Below the pieces are notes generated by a model. It had not been told where the DNA came from. It made no database searches and worked only from the letters and a program-made list of their open reading frames with translations. A stretch of 64,000 bases of DNA from assembly GCA_965263165.1 (NCBI GenBank), contig OZ253584.1, forward strand, positions 2,560,747 through 2,624,746, written 5' to 3'. Positions 7,606-17,783 of this stretch are shown here, one piece after another. The stretch comes from Dehalococcoidia bacterium (GTDB taxonomy: Bacteria > Chloroflexota > Dehalococcoidia > Lucifugimonadales > SAR202-VII-2). The position numbers and the translations under genes were made by a program. The stretch's first letter is position 1. Each line of letters begins with the position of its first letter.

Positions 7606-7742
7606 TAGCGGCGCCTCGTTGGTGATTGTGTTGACTGCTCTCTTACCACCATCGCCAGCTTCACACGCAGCTCCAGCGAGGCGTTTCTTTTATCGCCAGG
7701 TGGTGAATCTGGGTTCCTACTGCCGTCTCGATGGCGCCGCTA
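7606..7742. other. 137-nt structured element closed by a perfect 10-bp inverted repeat
   Basis: tagcggcgcc ... ggcgccgcta, with further nested helices. Confidence 0.45.
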
Positions 7743-7772
7743 CCCGTGTACGGATATGTCCCTACCCGCCCC

Positions 7773-8705
7773 CTACCCGCCCCGGGCGAGGAATGCCGCT
7801 ACTAGGTCCGCGGCGGGGTCTTCGGGGGCGGGGGCGGCGTCGAGCCAGTTGATGCGCGGGTCGTAGGGGCGGAACCAAGCGTACTGCCGTCTGGCGAAAC
7901 GGCGGGTTGCCTTCTGGATACGAGCTATGGCGTCGTCTAGGGTGATGCCGCCGGTAAGGCAGGCCATGATTTCCCTGTAGCCCAGGGCGCTCATGGCCGG
8001 AGTATGCGGGCCGCAGCCGCCTGCTATGAGCATCTTCACCTCGTCGAGCCAGCCCGCAGCCGCCATGTCCACGACGCGGCGGTCGAGTGCGCCGTACAGC
8101 GCCTGCCGGTCCATCGTCAGGCCTATGGACAATGTGTCGAATGGGGGCTTGCTCCGCCGCCGTTGCTGCGAGAAGGGCTGACCCGTCTCCAGGCACACTT
8201 CCAGCGCCCGCACGATGCGCCGGGGGTTCTTGGGGTCGATGCGGGCTGCCGCGTCAGGGTCCAGCGTATGGAGGTCGGCCAACAGCGCGCCCATGCCCTC
8301 CGCTTCAACGCGCTGCTCCAACGACCGGCGGAGCGCCCAGTTGGGGGGAACCCGCGGGGCCTGAAAGCCCTCCACGACGCCGGACACATAGAGACCCGTG
8401 CCTCCGGCGAGGATAGGCAACCCGCCCCGGGCGTGGATGGCGTCGATGGCCGCCCTGGCTAGCTCCAGGTAGCGAGCGAGGTTGAATTCCTCCGTTGGCT
8501 CGACGACGTCGATGAGGTGGTGAGGCGCCGCCTCTTGGTCCTCCCTCGATGGCTTGGCTGTTCCGACGTCCATGCCCCGGTAGACCAGGCGGCTATCGGC
8601 ATTGACGACCTCGCCGCTGAAGCGCTTTGCCAGCGCCAAGGCCAGGGCGCTCTTGCCGGCGCCCGTCGGGCCAACCACGGCCACCAGCTTCGAGGGCCTG
8701 TTCAT
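7773..8705 (-). CDS. miaA: tRNA dimethylallyltransferase
   Basis: VVGPTGAGKS, NADSRLVY, DVGTAKP, GGTGLY, RRFARRQYAWF; start trimmed to the ATG at 8705. Confidence 0.95.
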   Translation of the reverse strand: MNRPSKLVAVVGPTGAGKSALALALAKRFSGEVVNADSRLVYRGMDVGTAKPSREDQEAAPHHLIDVVEPTEEFNLARYLELARAAIDAIHARGGLPILAGGTGLYVSGVVEGFQAPRVPPNWALRRSLEQRVEAEGMGALLADLHTLDPDAAARIDPKNPRRIVRALEVCLETGQPFSQQRRRSKPPFDTLSIGLTMDRQALYGALDRRVVDMAAAGWLDEVKMLIAGGCGPHTPAMSALGYREIMACLTGGITLDDAIARIQKATRRFARRQYAWFRPYDPRINWLDAAPAPEDPAADLVAAFLARGG

Positions 8706-8786
8706 GCCCCTAGGCCTCGGATTGGCGGGGCGCCGCGTCCGGGGCGTCGTGGTATTATGGGCATATCCTCTCCACATAGGAGTGCG

Positions 8787-9830
8787 ATGCGGCAGCACAT
8801 GCCCCGCCTCACAGAGCTGGCGCACTGCGCCGGGTGAGCCTCCAAGTTTAGCAGAGGCGACCTGGTCCAGGCCCTCGGTCAGCTTGCCAAGGTTGATGCG
8901 CCTGAGCTTCTCGTGGGGATCAACACCGGCGACGACGCAGCCGTCTATCAACTGAGCGACGACGTTGCGCTGGTGCAGACGGTGGACTTCTTCCCGCCCA
9001 TCGTGGACGATCCCTACCAGTACGGCGCCATCGCCGCGGCCAACTCCCTAAGCGACGTTTACGCCATGGGGGGCAGGCCACTCATTGCCCTGAACATCGT
9101 CTGCTTTCCCGTAACCCTGGATAGAGAGGTGCTGGCGGAGATCCTCCGGGGAGGCCAGGACAAGGCGACGGAAGCGGGCGCTCTGATCGTGGGGGGGCAC
9201 ACCATTGACGACGCCGAGCCAAAGTACGGGCTGTCGGTTACGGGGCTGGTGAAACCGGGTGCCCACGTCTGCAACGTAGGCGCCCGCCCCGGCGACGCGC
9301 TCATTCTCACAAAGCCGCTCGGCACAGGCATCATCACGACTGCCGGAAAGGCTGGCAGGATAGGCCCAGAGGCGATGGACGAGGCCGTCCGCGTTATGTC
9401 CACACTCAACGCCGCGGCATCGGAGGCGATGCTGGAGGTGGGCGTCAACGCTTGCACTGACGTCACGGGGTTCGGGCTGCTGGGGCACCTGCTCCCCATG
9501 GCGGAAGGCAGCGGTGTATCGGCTGCGGTGCACTTTTCCTCCACGCCCATGCTTCCCCACGCCGTGGAATTGGCGGAGGAAGGAGTGGCGCCCGGCGGCA
9601 CGCTCCGAAACCTCGACAACGTCTCGCCTTCCGTGGAGTGGGCCGACGACATCAGCGACGTGGAGAAGATACTCCTCTGCGACGCTCAAACGTCCGGGGG
9701 GCTGCTGATGGCCACATCACCAGACAAGTGTGACGCCCTTCTGGAAGCCCTGGCGCGCCGTGGCGTCGAGGGGGCCGTCGTCGGGGGGATAACGGAGGCG
9801 GCGGAAAAGCCCCTCCGAGTCACGCGCTAG
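8787..9830 (+). CDS. selD: Selenide, water dikinase, selenocysteine-containing (UGA at codon 17)
   Basis: AGGAG RBS then MRQHMPRLTELAHCAG-TGA(8835-8837)-ASKF; GDDAAVY, QTVDFFPPIVDDP, GGHTIDD, DVTGFGLLGH, DAQTSGGLL. Confidence 0.95.
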
Positions 9831-9851
9831 CGGCTCTACGGCCCAAAAGCT

Positions 9852-11096
9852 ATGAAGAAGCGGGTCTTTCTGGCATGGTTGGCCGCCCTCGTCCTGTTGT
9901 TCACGCCCGGCGCCGCCGGTCCCGACTCTAGGACGTTGCTGGCGGGCGCCCTGGGGTTCTCCCTGGCGCAGTGGGAGATTGCTTCCTTCCCCGAGAAGTG
10001 GCTCAACTACGTCAAGGGATTCGTTGGCGTGGGCCCCGACCCCGCGGACCTGGAAGAGATCGAGGAGTTCCTTGCGCGGGGCCAGGACCTACGCAGGGCT
10101 GAGGACGAGCTTCAAAGGGCCATGACCCTGGGCCAGGGAGCGCCTGAGGAGCTACGCGTCTCGCTGGATGGGGCGAGGGACCGATGGGCCGAGCTTCGGT
10201 CGCCTACGGAGCAGGCGATCGAAGGGGCGATAAGCTCGGTCGTGCGGGACATGGGCCTCACCATGAGCCTCAAGGGCATCTTGGATTTCCAGTTCCCGCC
10301 CGTGGACGTCAAGTTCGGCAGCCTGCCGCGAGTGCTGGTGCTGTCGCCGCGGGACCGGATCGAATACTTCGCGACATATCTCCTGCGAACAGACGCGTCG
10401 TTGGAGGAGGTCGAGACCTTGGAGGAAGCGTTCTTTACCGACGAAGGTCTTTCGGCCCTGGCGGTCCTGCCGGGTGGCCTTGCCACCTACCCGGCCGTGA
10501 TATCGCCGTTCTATTCCTTGGAGCACACTCTTACAGTGGCCGCGCACGAGTGGGCGCACCACTACCTTTTCTTCTACCCCCTGGGGCGGAGCTACTTCGG
10601 GGCCGACGGTCGCATGATTACGGTCAACGAAACCCTGGCTGACATCATCGGCCGGGAGTTGGGCCGGGAGACCTACTTCCGCATCACCGGCATTCGCCTT
10701 CCCGAGCCCCCGGACGAGGACGCGCCACGCCCCCAAGCTTCATTCGACGAGCCCGACGCTTTCGATTTCAACGATGAGATGCGGGAGACGCGCTTGCGCG
10801 TGGATGAGCTTCTGGCCGAAGGGAAGGTGGAGGAGGCGGAATCGTATATGGAAAAGCGCAGGCAGGTCTTTCTGGACAACGGGCACCTGGTGCGGAAGCT
10901 GAATCAGGCGTTCTTCGCCTTCCATGGCAGCTACGGCAAGAGCTCCGCCTCGTCAAGTCCCGTGGGCAGAGAGTTGGAGAACCTGCGGGACAGGTTCGAC
11001 AGGCTGGAGGAGATGATCGAGGCCATCCGGGACGTGGGCAGCTACGACTCGTACACGGCGTTGATCAACGAGTATGAGGCGAACGTCCCTAGCTAG
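9852..11096 (+). CDS. Hypothetical exported protein with a zincin HEXXH motif
   Basis: Signal-like N-terminus; AHEWAHH followed by NETLADIIG (gluzincin-like). Confidence 0.75.
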   Translation: MKKRVFLAWLAALVLLFTPGAAGPDSRTLLAGALGFSLAQWEIASFPEKWLNYVKGFVGVGPDPADLEEIEEFLARGQDLRRAEDELQRAMTLGQGAPEELRVSLDGARDRWAELRSPTEQAIEGAISSVVRDMGLTMSLKGILDFQFPPVDVKFGSLPRVLVLSPRDRIEYFATYLLRTDASLEEVETLEEAFFTDEGLSALAVLPGGLATYPAVISPFYSLEHTLTVAAHEWAHHYLFFYPLGRSYFGADGRMITVNETLADIIGRELGRETYFRITGIRLPEPPDEDAPRPQASFDEPDAFDFNDEMRETRLRVDELLAEGKVEEAESYMEKRRQVFLDNGHLVRKLNQAFFAFHGSYGKSSASSSPVGRELENLRDRFDRLEEMIEAIRDVGSYDSYTALINEYEANVPS

Positions 11097-11138
11097 CTGT
11101 CGTTTCCCGTAGCGGTTGTTGAGGGCCCCCCAATCGTG

Positions 11139-11384
11139 ACCTTTCCCTGAGGTACGGGGGGAGGGACGGGAGGGATGGGGCTTATGGTGGCGGGCGCCGT
11201 TGTCCCACCTAACCCACCCTCCAACGTTTTTGGGCACAGGGGGACTCCCCCTGTGCCCCCCGGCGGGGGCTGCGCCCCCTGCACCCTGCTTGGGGGGACG
11301 GAGGGAGAGCGCATCCTGACCTTGCTGCGTTGCAGAGGGGAACGATTCCTCGGTTGCCAACGAGTACGAGGCAGGGACGGGAGG
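11139..11384 (+). repeat. Composite repeat: family A, family B copy 3, degenerate A
   Basis: ggtacgggggagggac, then the B body, tail gcgcatcctgaccttgctgc (shared with 13310), then gagtacgaggcagggac. Confidence 0.8.
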
Positions 11385-11429
11385 ATTGTCCCGCCCCGCG
11401 CCCGTAGCGAAAGTCCCCGGGAGTTGCGG

Positions 11430-12917
11430 CTAGGCCAGGGCCTCTCGGGCCGCTTCCGTCCCCGCCAGCTTGCCAAAGACGGCGCCCGCCATTAGCCCCG
11501 AACCGCCGGGGTAGTTGTGGTAGAAGAGGCCGCCGACCAATTCCCCGGCGGCGTATAGGCCGGGGATGGAGGTTTCCTCGGTGTCTTGGACCTGGCCCCT
11601 AGCGTTGATGCGGAGCCCTCCGAAGGTGAACGTGATGCCACAGGTGACGGCGTACCCAACGTAGGGCGGCGCGTCGATGGGCAGGGCCCAGTTGGACTTG
11701 GGCGGGTCTATGCCCTGGGTGTGCTTGCCATCTAGGACCGTTGGGTTGAATTCGTCGTTGGAGACGGAGGCGTTGAATTCCCGCACGGTCTGGGCCAGCC
11801 CCTCGGGGTCCACGTCCAGCCGCCTTGCCAGCTCCTCGATGGTGTCGGCCTGCGCCGACGTGACCTCGGGAATAAAGTACTCGTCTCTCAGAAGTTCCAT
11901 GACCTTGGCGTCGAAGATCTGGACGGCGGCCCGTCCGGACTGCTTCATGATCTCCCTGCCGTACTTGGCATAGGTGTAGTTGCGGAAGTCGGCGCCCTCA
12001 TCCACGAACCGCTCTCCTTCCATGTTAACGACGATGCCAAAGGGATAGGAGTGCTTTTGGAACAGGTCTGTGAGGCGGCGGTCGCCGTAGGGGGGGGCGT
12101 TGAGGTCCCAGGCGACGGCGTGGCAGGAGCTCCAGTGGCCGTAGGAGGCGGCCCCGATGTCCATTGCCATGCGAATGCCGTCGCCGGTGTCGTACTGAGT
12201 TCCGCGTACCTTGGCAAGCTCCCAGTCGGCGCCGAGGTAACGGGTGCGCATTTCGGGGTTGGCCTGGAAGCCACCGCTGGCCAGCACGACGGTTGCGCCC
12301 ATCACGTCGTAGAAACCGTCCGGCCCCTTAACCTTTACGCCCACTACCCTTCCGGCGTTGTCCTGAAGGAGAGCTGCGGCTTTGGCCTGGTAGCGAATGT
12401 CCACGCCCTTGGCCTCGCTAATCTCGAACTGCTGGTCGGCGAGGCCCTTGCCCCCGCCGCTGGCCTCAAGGATGAGGCCGCCCCAGAAGCGGAACTTGTC
12501 ACCGATCTTGAAGGCCTGGCGGCGATACATGAGCACCCACTTGATGCCGTTCCGGCCCAGCCACTTCATGGTGGGGTTTGCCTGGGTGACGAGGATGTTG
12601 GCGAGCTCGGGGTCGGTGAGGCCCTCCGTGACTCGCATGAGATCGCTGTAGAACTTCTCCTGCGAGTATTGGCCCACGTCGACGGAGGCCTCTTCCTCCT
12701 CGGAGAGGTCGGGGATCAGGTCCCTGACGTCCTCGATACCAGAGAAGGGAAAGCGCAGCGTGCCACCCGTGAAATAGGTGTTGCCTCCCCGCAGATGCTC
12801 GGGGGCCTTTTCCAGCGCGATGACCTTCGCCCCACCCTCGGCGGCGGCGATGGCGGCGGAAAGGGCGGCGTTGCCGGCGCCCACAACAATGACATCGTAC
12901 CGGTCCTGCGTAGTCAA
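11430..12917 (-). CDS. tcuA: FAD-dependent tricarballylate dehydrogenase TcuA-like flavoprotein
   Basis: VVGAGNAA, RGGNTYFT, RGTQYDTGDG, RFVDEGADFRNYTYAKYGR, TFTFGGL, GLYAAGELVGG, YPGGSGL. Confidence 0.8.
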   Translation of the reverse strand: MTTQDRYDVIVVGAGNAALSAAIAAAEGGAKVIALEKAPEHLRGGNTYFTGGTLRFPFSGIEDVRDLIPDLSEEEEASVDVGQYSQEKFYSDLMRVTEGLTDPELANILVTQANPTMKWLGRNGIKWVLMYRRQAFKIGDKFRFWGGLILEASGGGKGLADQQFEISEAKGVDIRYQAKAAALLQDNAGRVVGVKVKGPDGFYDVMGATVVLASGGFQANPEMRTRYLGADWELAKVRGTQYDTGDGIRMAMDIGAASYGHWSSCHAVAWDLNAPPYGDRRLTDLFQKHSYPFGIVVNMEGERFVDEGADFRNYTYAKYGREIMKQSGRAAVQIFDAKVMELLRDEYFIPEVTSAQADTIEELARRLDVDPEGLAQTVREFNASVSNDEFNPTVLDGKHTQGIDPPKSNWALPIDAPPYVGYAVTCGITFTFGGLRINARGQVQDTEETSIPGLYAAGELVGGLFYHNYPGGSGLMAGAVFGKLAGTEAAREALA

Positions 12918-13035
12918 CCGCGCCTCCTAGAGAGAGAGTCCATGCGCTACGGCGCCCAATCACCCAACGCCACCATCCCCTTCTTTCGCACCCGCTGTAG
13001 GATATAGTATGGCGCAGCCACAATCCAAACAAGGA

Positions 13036-13107
13036 TTAGGGCCTGTTCACACTGGCGGGCTGGATTACCGGCCTTGACCGGAGGGAGGGCAGCTTTGTAA
13101 GGCCACA
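13036..13107 (-). mobile_element. 68-bp IS-end remnant (family C), copy 2
   Basis: Near-identical to 5946-6017; encodes ...PVIQPASVNRP*. Confidence 0.5.
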
Positions 13108-13164
13108 TAAGTTTGATGAAAACGGGCTGGCGCCATAAACCGGCGGGTACCTTGGGTTCCCTGC

Positions 13165-13413
13165 GCCCTCCTTCGGCGGAGGGTTTTGTTTTGGCTTGCG
13201 CCGCTATCCCGCCCGCTCCGCCCTCCGACGTTTTCCAGGACAGGGGGAGTCCCCCTGTCCCCCCGGCGGGGGCTGCGCCCCCTGCACCCCGCTTGGGGAA
13301 CGAGGAGAGCGCATCTTGACCTTGCTGCATTGCAGAGGGGGGGACGCTTCCTCGGCAGGGGGCGAGATGGGGACCCCCTTCCTAAATCTGCCCCCGTACC
13401 CGGGGGCAGGGAC
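13165..13413 (+). repeat. Composite repeat: family B copy 4 plus family A palindrome
   Basis: B body and tail, then ctgcccccgtacccgggggcagggac at 13388-13413. Confidence 0.85.
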
Positions 13414-13434
13414 ACAGAGGCTTCCCCTGTCGCG

Positions 13435-13657
13435 GCGCCATTGAGCGGCTGAACGTCTCCGTAAACCCCCGTCCAATGACCTCATTCACCCTCCAACGGC
13501 CCTCGCCGACTTGTCCAGACCATCCGTAGCCTGGGAGCGCACCTACAACACCACCCGCCCCACCAGGCCCTCGGCTACCTCACCCCGCTTAGTTCATGCA
13601 ACGCTGGTCTACTCAGAGAAAGGAGGCTCAGTTTCACTCATGTATTGGACGAGAACA
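13435..13657 (+). pseudogene. Frameshifted C-terminal remnant of an IS481/IS3-type integrase-core transposase with right end
   Basis: WERTYNTTRP / HQALGYLTP across a frameshift; ends ...tgtattggacgagaACA. Confidence 0.7.
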
Positions 13658-13662
13658 CCCGT

Positions 13663-13691
13663 TTGACAGGCAGCGCGGCTCCTGCTACACT
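13663..13691 (+). promoter_or_regulatory. Promoter of the rpsL/ribosomal superoperon
   Basis: TTGACA-17nt-TACACT. Confidence 0.8.
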
Positions 13692-13747
13692 CCCTGAGTT
13701 GCGCGGGGCCACCCCGGCCTATTACCAACGCCCTCCAGAGGGAACGC

Positions 13748-14161
13748 ATGCCGACGGTAAACCAGTTGATTCGCAAGGGCCGCAAGCCTCTCAAGAAGAA
13801 GACGAAGGCACCGGCACTGCGTTATGTGCATAATTCCCTGAAGAACGTCACGCGCAGGGGGCCCGGCTGCCCACAGAGGCGGGGCGTCTGCGTGCAGGTG
13901 AGGACGGTGACGCCCAAGAAGCCGAACTCGGCCCTGCGGAAGGTTGCCAGGGTCCGTCTGACCAACGGGGTGGAGGTCACGGCCTACATCCCGGGCGAGG
14001 GGCACAACCTCCAGGAGCACTCGGTGGTTCTGGTGAGGGGCGGCAGAGTGAAGGACCTGCCCGGCGTCCGCTATCACATCGTGCGGGGCACGTTGGACGC
14101 CGGCGGGGTGCAGAGCCGCAAGCGAGGCCGAAGCAAGTACGGCGCCAAGCGGGGCCGTTAG
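13748..14161 (+). CDS. rpsL: 30S ribosomal protein uS12
   Basis: [27 protein letters not shown]. Confidence 0.99.
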   Translation: MPTVNQLIRKGRKPLKKKTKAPALRYVHNSLKNVTRRGPGCPQRRGVCVQVRTVTPKKPNSALRKVARVRLTNGVEVTAYIPGEGHNLQEHSVVLVRGGRVKDLPGVRYHIVRGTLDAGGVQSRKRGRSKYGAKRGR

Positions 14162-14176
14162 GAATCACGAGGAACA

Positions 14177-14647
14177 ATGGCGCGAAGACATCGAGCAGTC
14201 CGAAGGGACGTTGAACCCGACCCACGCTACGGCAGCAGGGACTTGGCCCGGTTCATTAACAAAATTATGGAGCGCGGCAAGAAGTCGGTGGCGCAGCGGG
14301 TGGTCTACACGGCGCTGCAATCCGCGGAGGCGGGTGCCCACCGGGACGCCCTGGAAGTGTTCAACATGGCGCTGCGCAACACCACGCCCCTGCTGGAAGT
14401 GAAACCCCGGCGGGTTGGAGGGGCCACCTACCAGGTGCCCATAGAGGTCCGCCCGTCGCGGGGCCAGACCCTGGCGATGCGCTGGCTGATCAACGCTTGC
14501 AGGGCGCGCACCGGCAGGCCCATGGCAGAGCGCCTCGCCCAGGAATTGCTCGAGGCCTCCCGGGGCCAGGGCGCGGCCGCAAAACGACGCGAAGACACAC
14601 ACCGCATGGCCGAGGCAAACAGGGCGTTCGTACATTACCGATGGTAG
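14177..14647 (+). CDS. rpsG: 30S ribosomal protein uS7
   Basis: [19 protein letters not shown]. Confidence 0.99.
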   Translation: MARRHRAVRRDVEPDPRYGSRDLARFINKIMERGKKSVAQRVVYTALQSAEAGAHRDALEVFNMALRNTTPLLEVKPRRVGGATYQVPIEVRPSRGQTLAMRWLINACRARTGRPMAERLAQELLEASRGQGAAAKRREDTHRMAEANRAFVHYRW

Positions 14648-14696
14648 GTGCGCATGTCAGAATATCGCCGCGATCAGAGGAAATGGTTCAGGAGAC

Positions 14697-16772
14697 ATGG
14701 ACGAACAGGTTCCGTTACATCTAATTCGCAATATCGGATTTATCGCTCACATCGACGCCGGAAAGACGACCGTCACAGAGCGCGCGCTGTTTTTTACTGG
14801 CCGCACCTACAAGCTCGGATCGGTTGACGACGGCACTGCCGTGATGGATTGGATGGCCCAGGAGCGAGAGAGGGGCATCACCATCACCGCAGCGGCCACC
14901 ACGGCAGATTGGAAGGGCTATCGAATCAACGTCATCGACACGCCAGGCCACGTGGACTTCACCGCTGAGGTCGAGCGGAGCCTGCGAGTCCTGGACGGGG
15001 GCGTTGTCATTTTCGACGGCGTTGCCGGCGTGCAACCTCAGTCGGAAACCGTCTGGCGGCAGGCCGAGCGATACCGGGTCCCTCGCATTTGCTTCATCAA
15101 CAAGTTGGACAGGGTCGGCGCGGACTTCCTCCGGGCCATCGGCACGATTCGCCAACGCTTGGGCGCCAACCCCATTCCCATTCAGCTTCCGATCGGCAGC
15201 GAGGGCGAGTTTCACGGCGTCGTGGACCTCATTGACGGCGTCGCCTACTTCTACACGGACGCCAAGGCGATGGTCCCCGAGGAGGGGCCAGTCCCGGACA
15301 ACCTCCGGGAAGAGTTCCAGCGGGCGAGAGATACGATGCTGGAGCAGGTCGCCGAGGTGGACGACGACCTCGCCACCAAGTACCTGGAGGGAATGGACAT
15401 CAGCCCCGGCGAGATCCGGGCGGCGCTCCGGAAGGCCACGCTTTTGCACAGGGCCGTACCGGTGGTTGGAGGCTCCGCCCTCCGCAACATGGGCGTGCAG
15501 CCCATGTTGGACGCTGTTCTGGCCTACCTGCCTTCCCCTATCGATGTCCCTCCGGTTGAGGGAGTCCATCCGGTGAGCGAAGCCCCCGAAATCCGCGAGG
15601 TCAACGACCAGGAGCCCTTCTCAGCGCTTGCCTTCAAGGTGGTGACCGACCCTCACGTTGGCCGGCTGGTCTACTTCCGGGTGTACTCCGGGGTCGTGAA
15701 GTCCGGCGGAATGGTGTACAACTCCGTCAAGGGAAGACGCGAGCGTATTGGCCGGCTCCTCCGCATGCACGCCAACCACCGGGAGGAGTCGGAAACCATT
15801 TCCACCGGCAACATCGCCGCCGCGGTTGGCCTGAAGAACTGTTTCACCGGCGACACCATCTGCGACGAGAAGTCGCTGATCCTGCTGGAAGCCATCCGGT
15901 TCCCCGAACCCGTCCTCTCCGTTGCCATAGAGCCCAAGACCAAAACAGACCAGGACTCGTTGACGGACGCGCTGGCCAAGCTCTCTGACGAAGACCCCAC
16001 CTTCCGCGTGCGCTACGACCAAGAGACCGGGCAGACCCTGATCTCCGGCATGGGCGAGCTCCATTTGGAGGTCCTCGTTGACCGCCTGAAGCGGGAGTTC
16101 AACGTCAACGCCAATATGGGCAAGCCCCGCGTCGCCTACCGGGAGACGATCGGCGAGCCCGCCAAGGCGGAGGGCCGGTTCGTGCGGCAGACCGGCGGGC
16201 GCGGACAATACGGCCACGTCGAGCTGCTCTTGGAGCCCACCGAGATCGGACAACCTTTCTCATTCGAGAATCGCACGGTTGGCGGCACGGTGCCTAGGGA
16301 ATTCATTCCGGGCGTGCAAGCGGGCGCCAGGGAAGCTATGGACAACGGCATCGTGGCGGGATACCCGGTGGTCGGCGTCAAGGCGGTGTTGTTGGACGGT
16401 AGCTATCACCCGGTGGACTCCTCAGAGATCGCCTTCAAGGTGGCGGCCTCCATGGCGTTCAAGGCAGCCATGCGCAAGGCCAAGCCGTATCTCCTGGAGC
16501 CGGTCATGAAGCTCGTGGTCATCACCCCCGGCGAGTTTCTTGGCGACGTGCTCGGCGACCTGAGCGGGCGCGGGGCCCAGATTCACAGCGTGGAAGGCCA
16601 GGTGGGCGAAGAGGCGACTCAGGTGGTTCAGGCGACCGTACCGTTGGCCGAACTTTCCGGCTACACTACGGACCTGCGGTCCATGACTCAGGGCAGGGCC
16701 ACGGGATCGGTAGAGTTTGATAACTACCATCGGGCGCCCGATTCCGTTTCACAGGAAGTCCTCGTAAGATAA
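14697..16772 (+). CDS. fusA: Elongation factor G
   Basis: [34 protein letters not shown]. Confidence 0.99.
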   Translation: MDEQVPLHLIRNIGFIAHIDAGKTTVTERALFFTGRTYKLGSVDDGTAVMDWMAQERERGITITAAATTADWKGYRINVIDTPGHVDFTAEVERSLRVLDGGVVIFDGVAGVQPQSETVWRQAERYRVPRICFINKLDRVGADFLRAIGTIRQRLGANPIPIQLPIGSEGEFHGVVDLIDGVAYFYTDAKAMVPEEGPVPDNLREEFQRARDTMLEQVAEVDDDLATKYLEGMDISPGEIRAALRKATLLHRAVPVVGGSALRNMGVQPMLDAVLAYLPSPIDVPPVEGVHPVSEAPEIREVNDQEPFSALAFKVVTDPHVGRLVYFRVYSGVVKSGGMVYNSVKGRRERIGRLLRMHANHREESETISTGNIAAAVGLKNCFTGDTICDEKSLILLEAIRFPEPVLSVAIEPKTKTDQDSLTDALAKLSDEDPTFRVRYDQETGQTLISGMGELHLEVLVDRLKREFNVNANMGKPRVAYRETIGEPAKAEGRFVRQTGGRGQYGHVELLLEPTEIGQPFSFENRTVGGTVPREFIPGVQAGAREAMDNGIVAGYPVVGVKAVLLDGSYHPVDSSEIAFKVAASMAFKAAMRKAKPYLLEPVMKLVVITPGEFLGDVLGDLSGRGAQIHSVEGQVGEEATQVVQATVPLAELSGYTTDLRSMTQGRATGSVEFDNYHRAPDSVSQEVLVR

Positions 16773-16838
16773 CAACGGCGTTTGGCCCGGCGCCTCAGGC
16801 AGCGGGCCACAAACCATCGAGGAGATGCAGAAAGCGCT

Positions 16839-17147
16839 ATGGCGCGGCAAAAGATAAGAATAGTCCTGAAGGCGTTCGATCACCGGACCCTCGATTTGTC
16901 CGCGAGGCAGATCGTGGAGGCCGCCGAGCGCACCGGCGCCATCGTGGCGGGACCGGTGCCCCTGCCCACCCACATCAAGCGGTGGTGCGTCATCCGCTCC
17001 CCGCACATTGACAAGGACTCGAGAGAGCATTTCCAGCTCTCCACCCATAAGCGCCTGATCGATATTCTTGATCCCACTAGCAAGACCATCGACTCGCTGA
17101 CCCGGCTGAACGTGCCGGCGGGAGTCGACATCTCCATCAAGCTCTAG
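16839..17147 (+). CDS. rpsJ: 30S ribosomal protein uS10
   Basis: [33 protein letters not shown]. Confidence 0.98.
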   Translation: MARQKIRIVLKAFDHRTLDLSARQIVEAAERTGAIVAGPVPLPTHIKRWCVIRSPHIDKDSREHFQLSTHKRLIDILDPTSKTIDSLTRLNVPAGVDISIKL

Positions 17148-17153
17148 TTCATC

Positions 17154-17780
17154 ATGGTCAACGGCATCATCGGCAAAAAGATAGGCATGACGCGGGTCTT
17201 CCACGAGAATGGCGTGGTGTCCGCAGTGAGTGTGATCCAGGCGGGCCCGTGCACGGTCACCACCGTGAAGACGCAAGCCAGGGATGGCTATGAGGCCGTG
17301 CAGCTTGGGTACGGGGCAAGCCACCGGCTGACCAAGCCGGAGAAGGGGCATCTCCGAGCCAGCGGCTCGGAGGCGCGGCACCTCAGGGAATTCCCCGTCG
17401 ATGGCCAGACCGTGGAGGTTGGCCATCGGGTCACCGTCGACATATTCGAGCCCGGGGAGAGGGTGGACATCATCTCCAACTCCAAGGGCAAGGGATTCGC
17501 GGGCGTGGTCAAGCGGCATCATTTCAAGGGCGGCCCTCGAACCCATGGACAGAAGGACCGGCTCCGCGCTCCCGGGTCCATTGGCGCCGGCACCTTTCCG
17601 GGCCGCGTCGTCAAGGGTCAAAAAATGGCCGGGCACATGGGCAATGCTCGCACAACCGTGCAGAACGTTGAAGTGGTGCAGGCGGATGCGGAACGAAACC
17701 TCCTCTTTGTGAAGGGGTCTGTTCCCGGCGCCCGCAACACACTCGTCATGATTCGCCGAGCGAAGAAGGCTTCGAGGTAG
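17154..17780 (+). CDS. rplC: 50S ribosomal protein uL3
   Basis: [27 protein letters not shown]. Confidence 0.99.
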   Translation: MVNGIIGKKIGMTRVFHENGVVSAVSVIQAGPCTVTTVKTQARDGYEAVQLGYGASHRLTKPEKGHLRASGSEARHLREFPVDGQTVEVGHRVTVDIFEPGERVDIISNSKGKGFAGVVKRHHFKGGPRTHGQKDRLRAPGSIGAGTFPGRVVKGQKMAGHMGNARTTVQNVEVVQADAERNLLFVKGSVPGARNTLVMIRRAKKASR

Positions 17781-17783
17781 GCA

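Noticed and set aside
6056-7742. Integron attC cassette array (hairpins between small genes)
   Set aside because: The hairpins lack RYYYAAC/GTTRRRY core boxes and no integrase is present.
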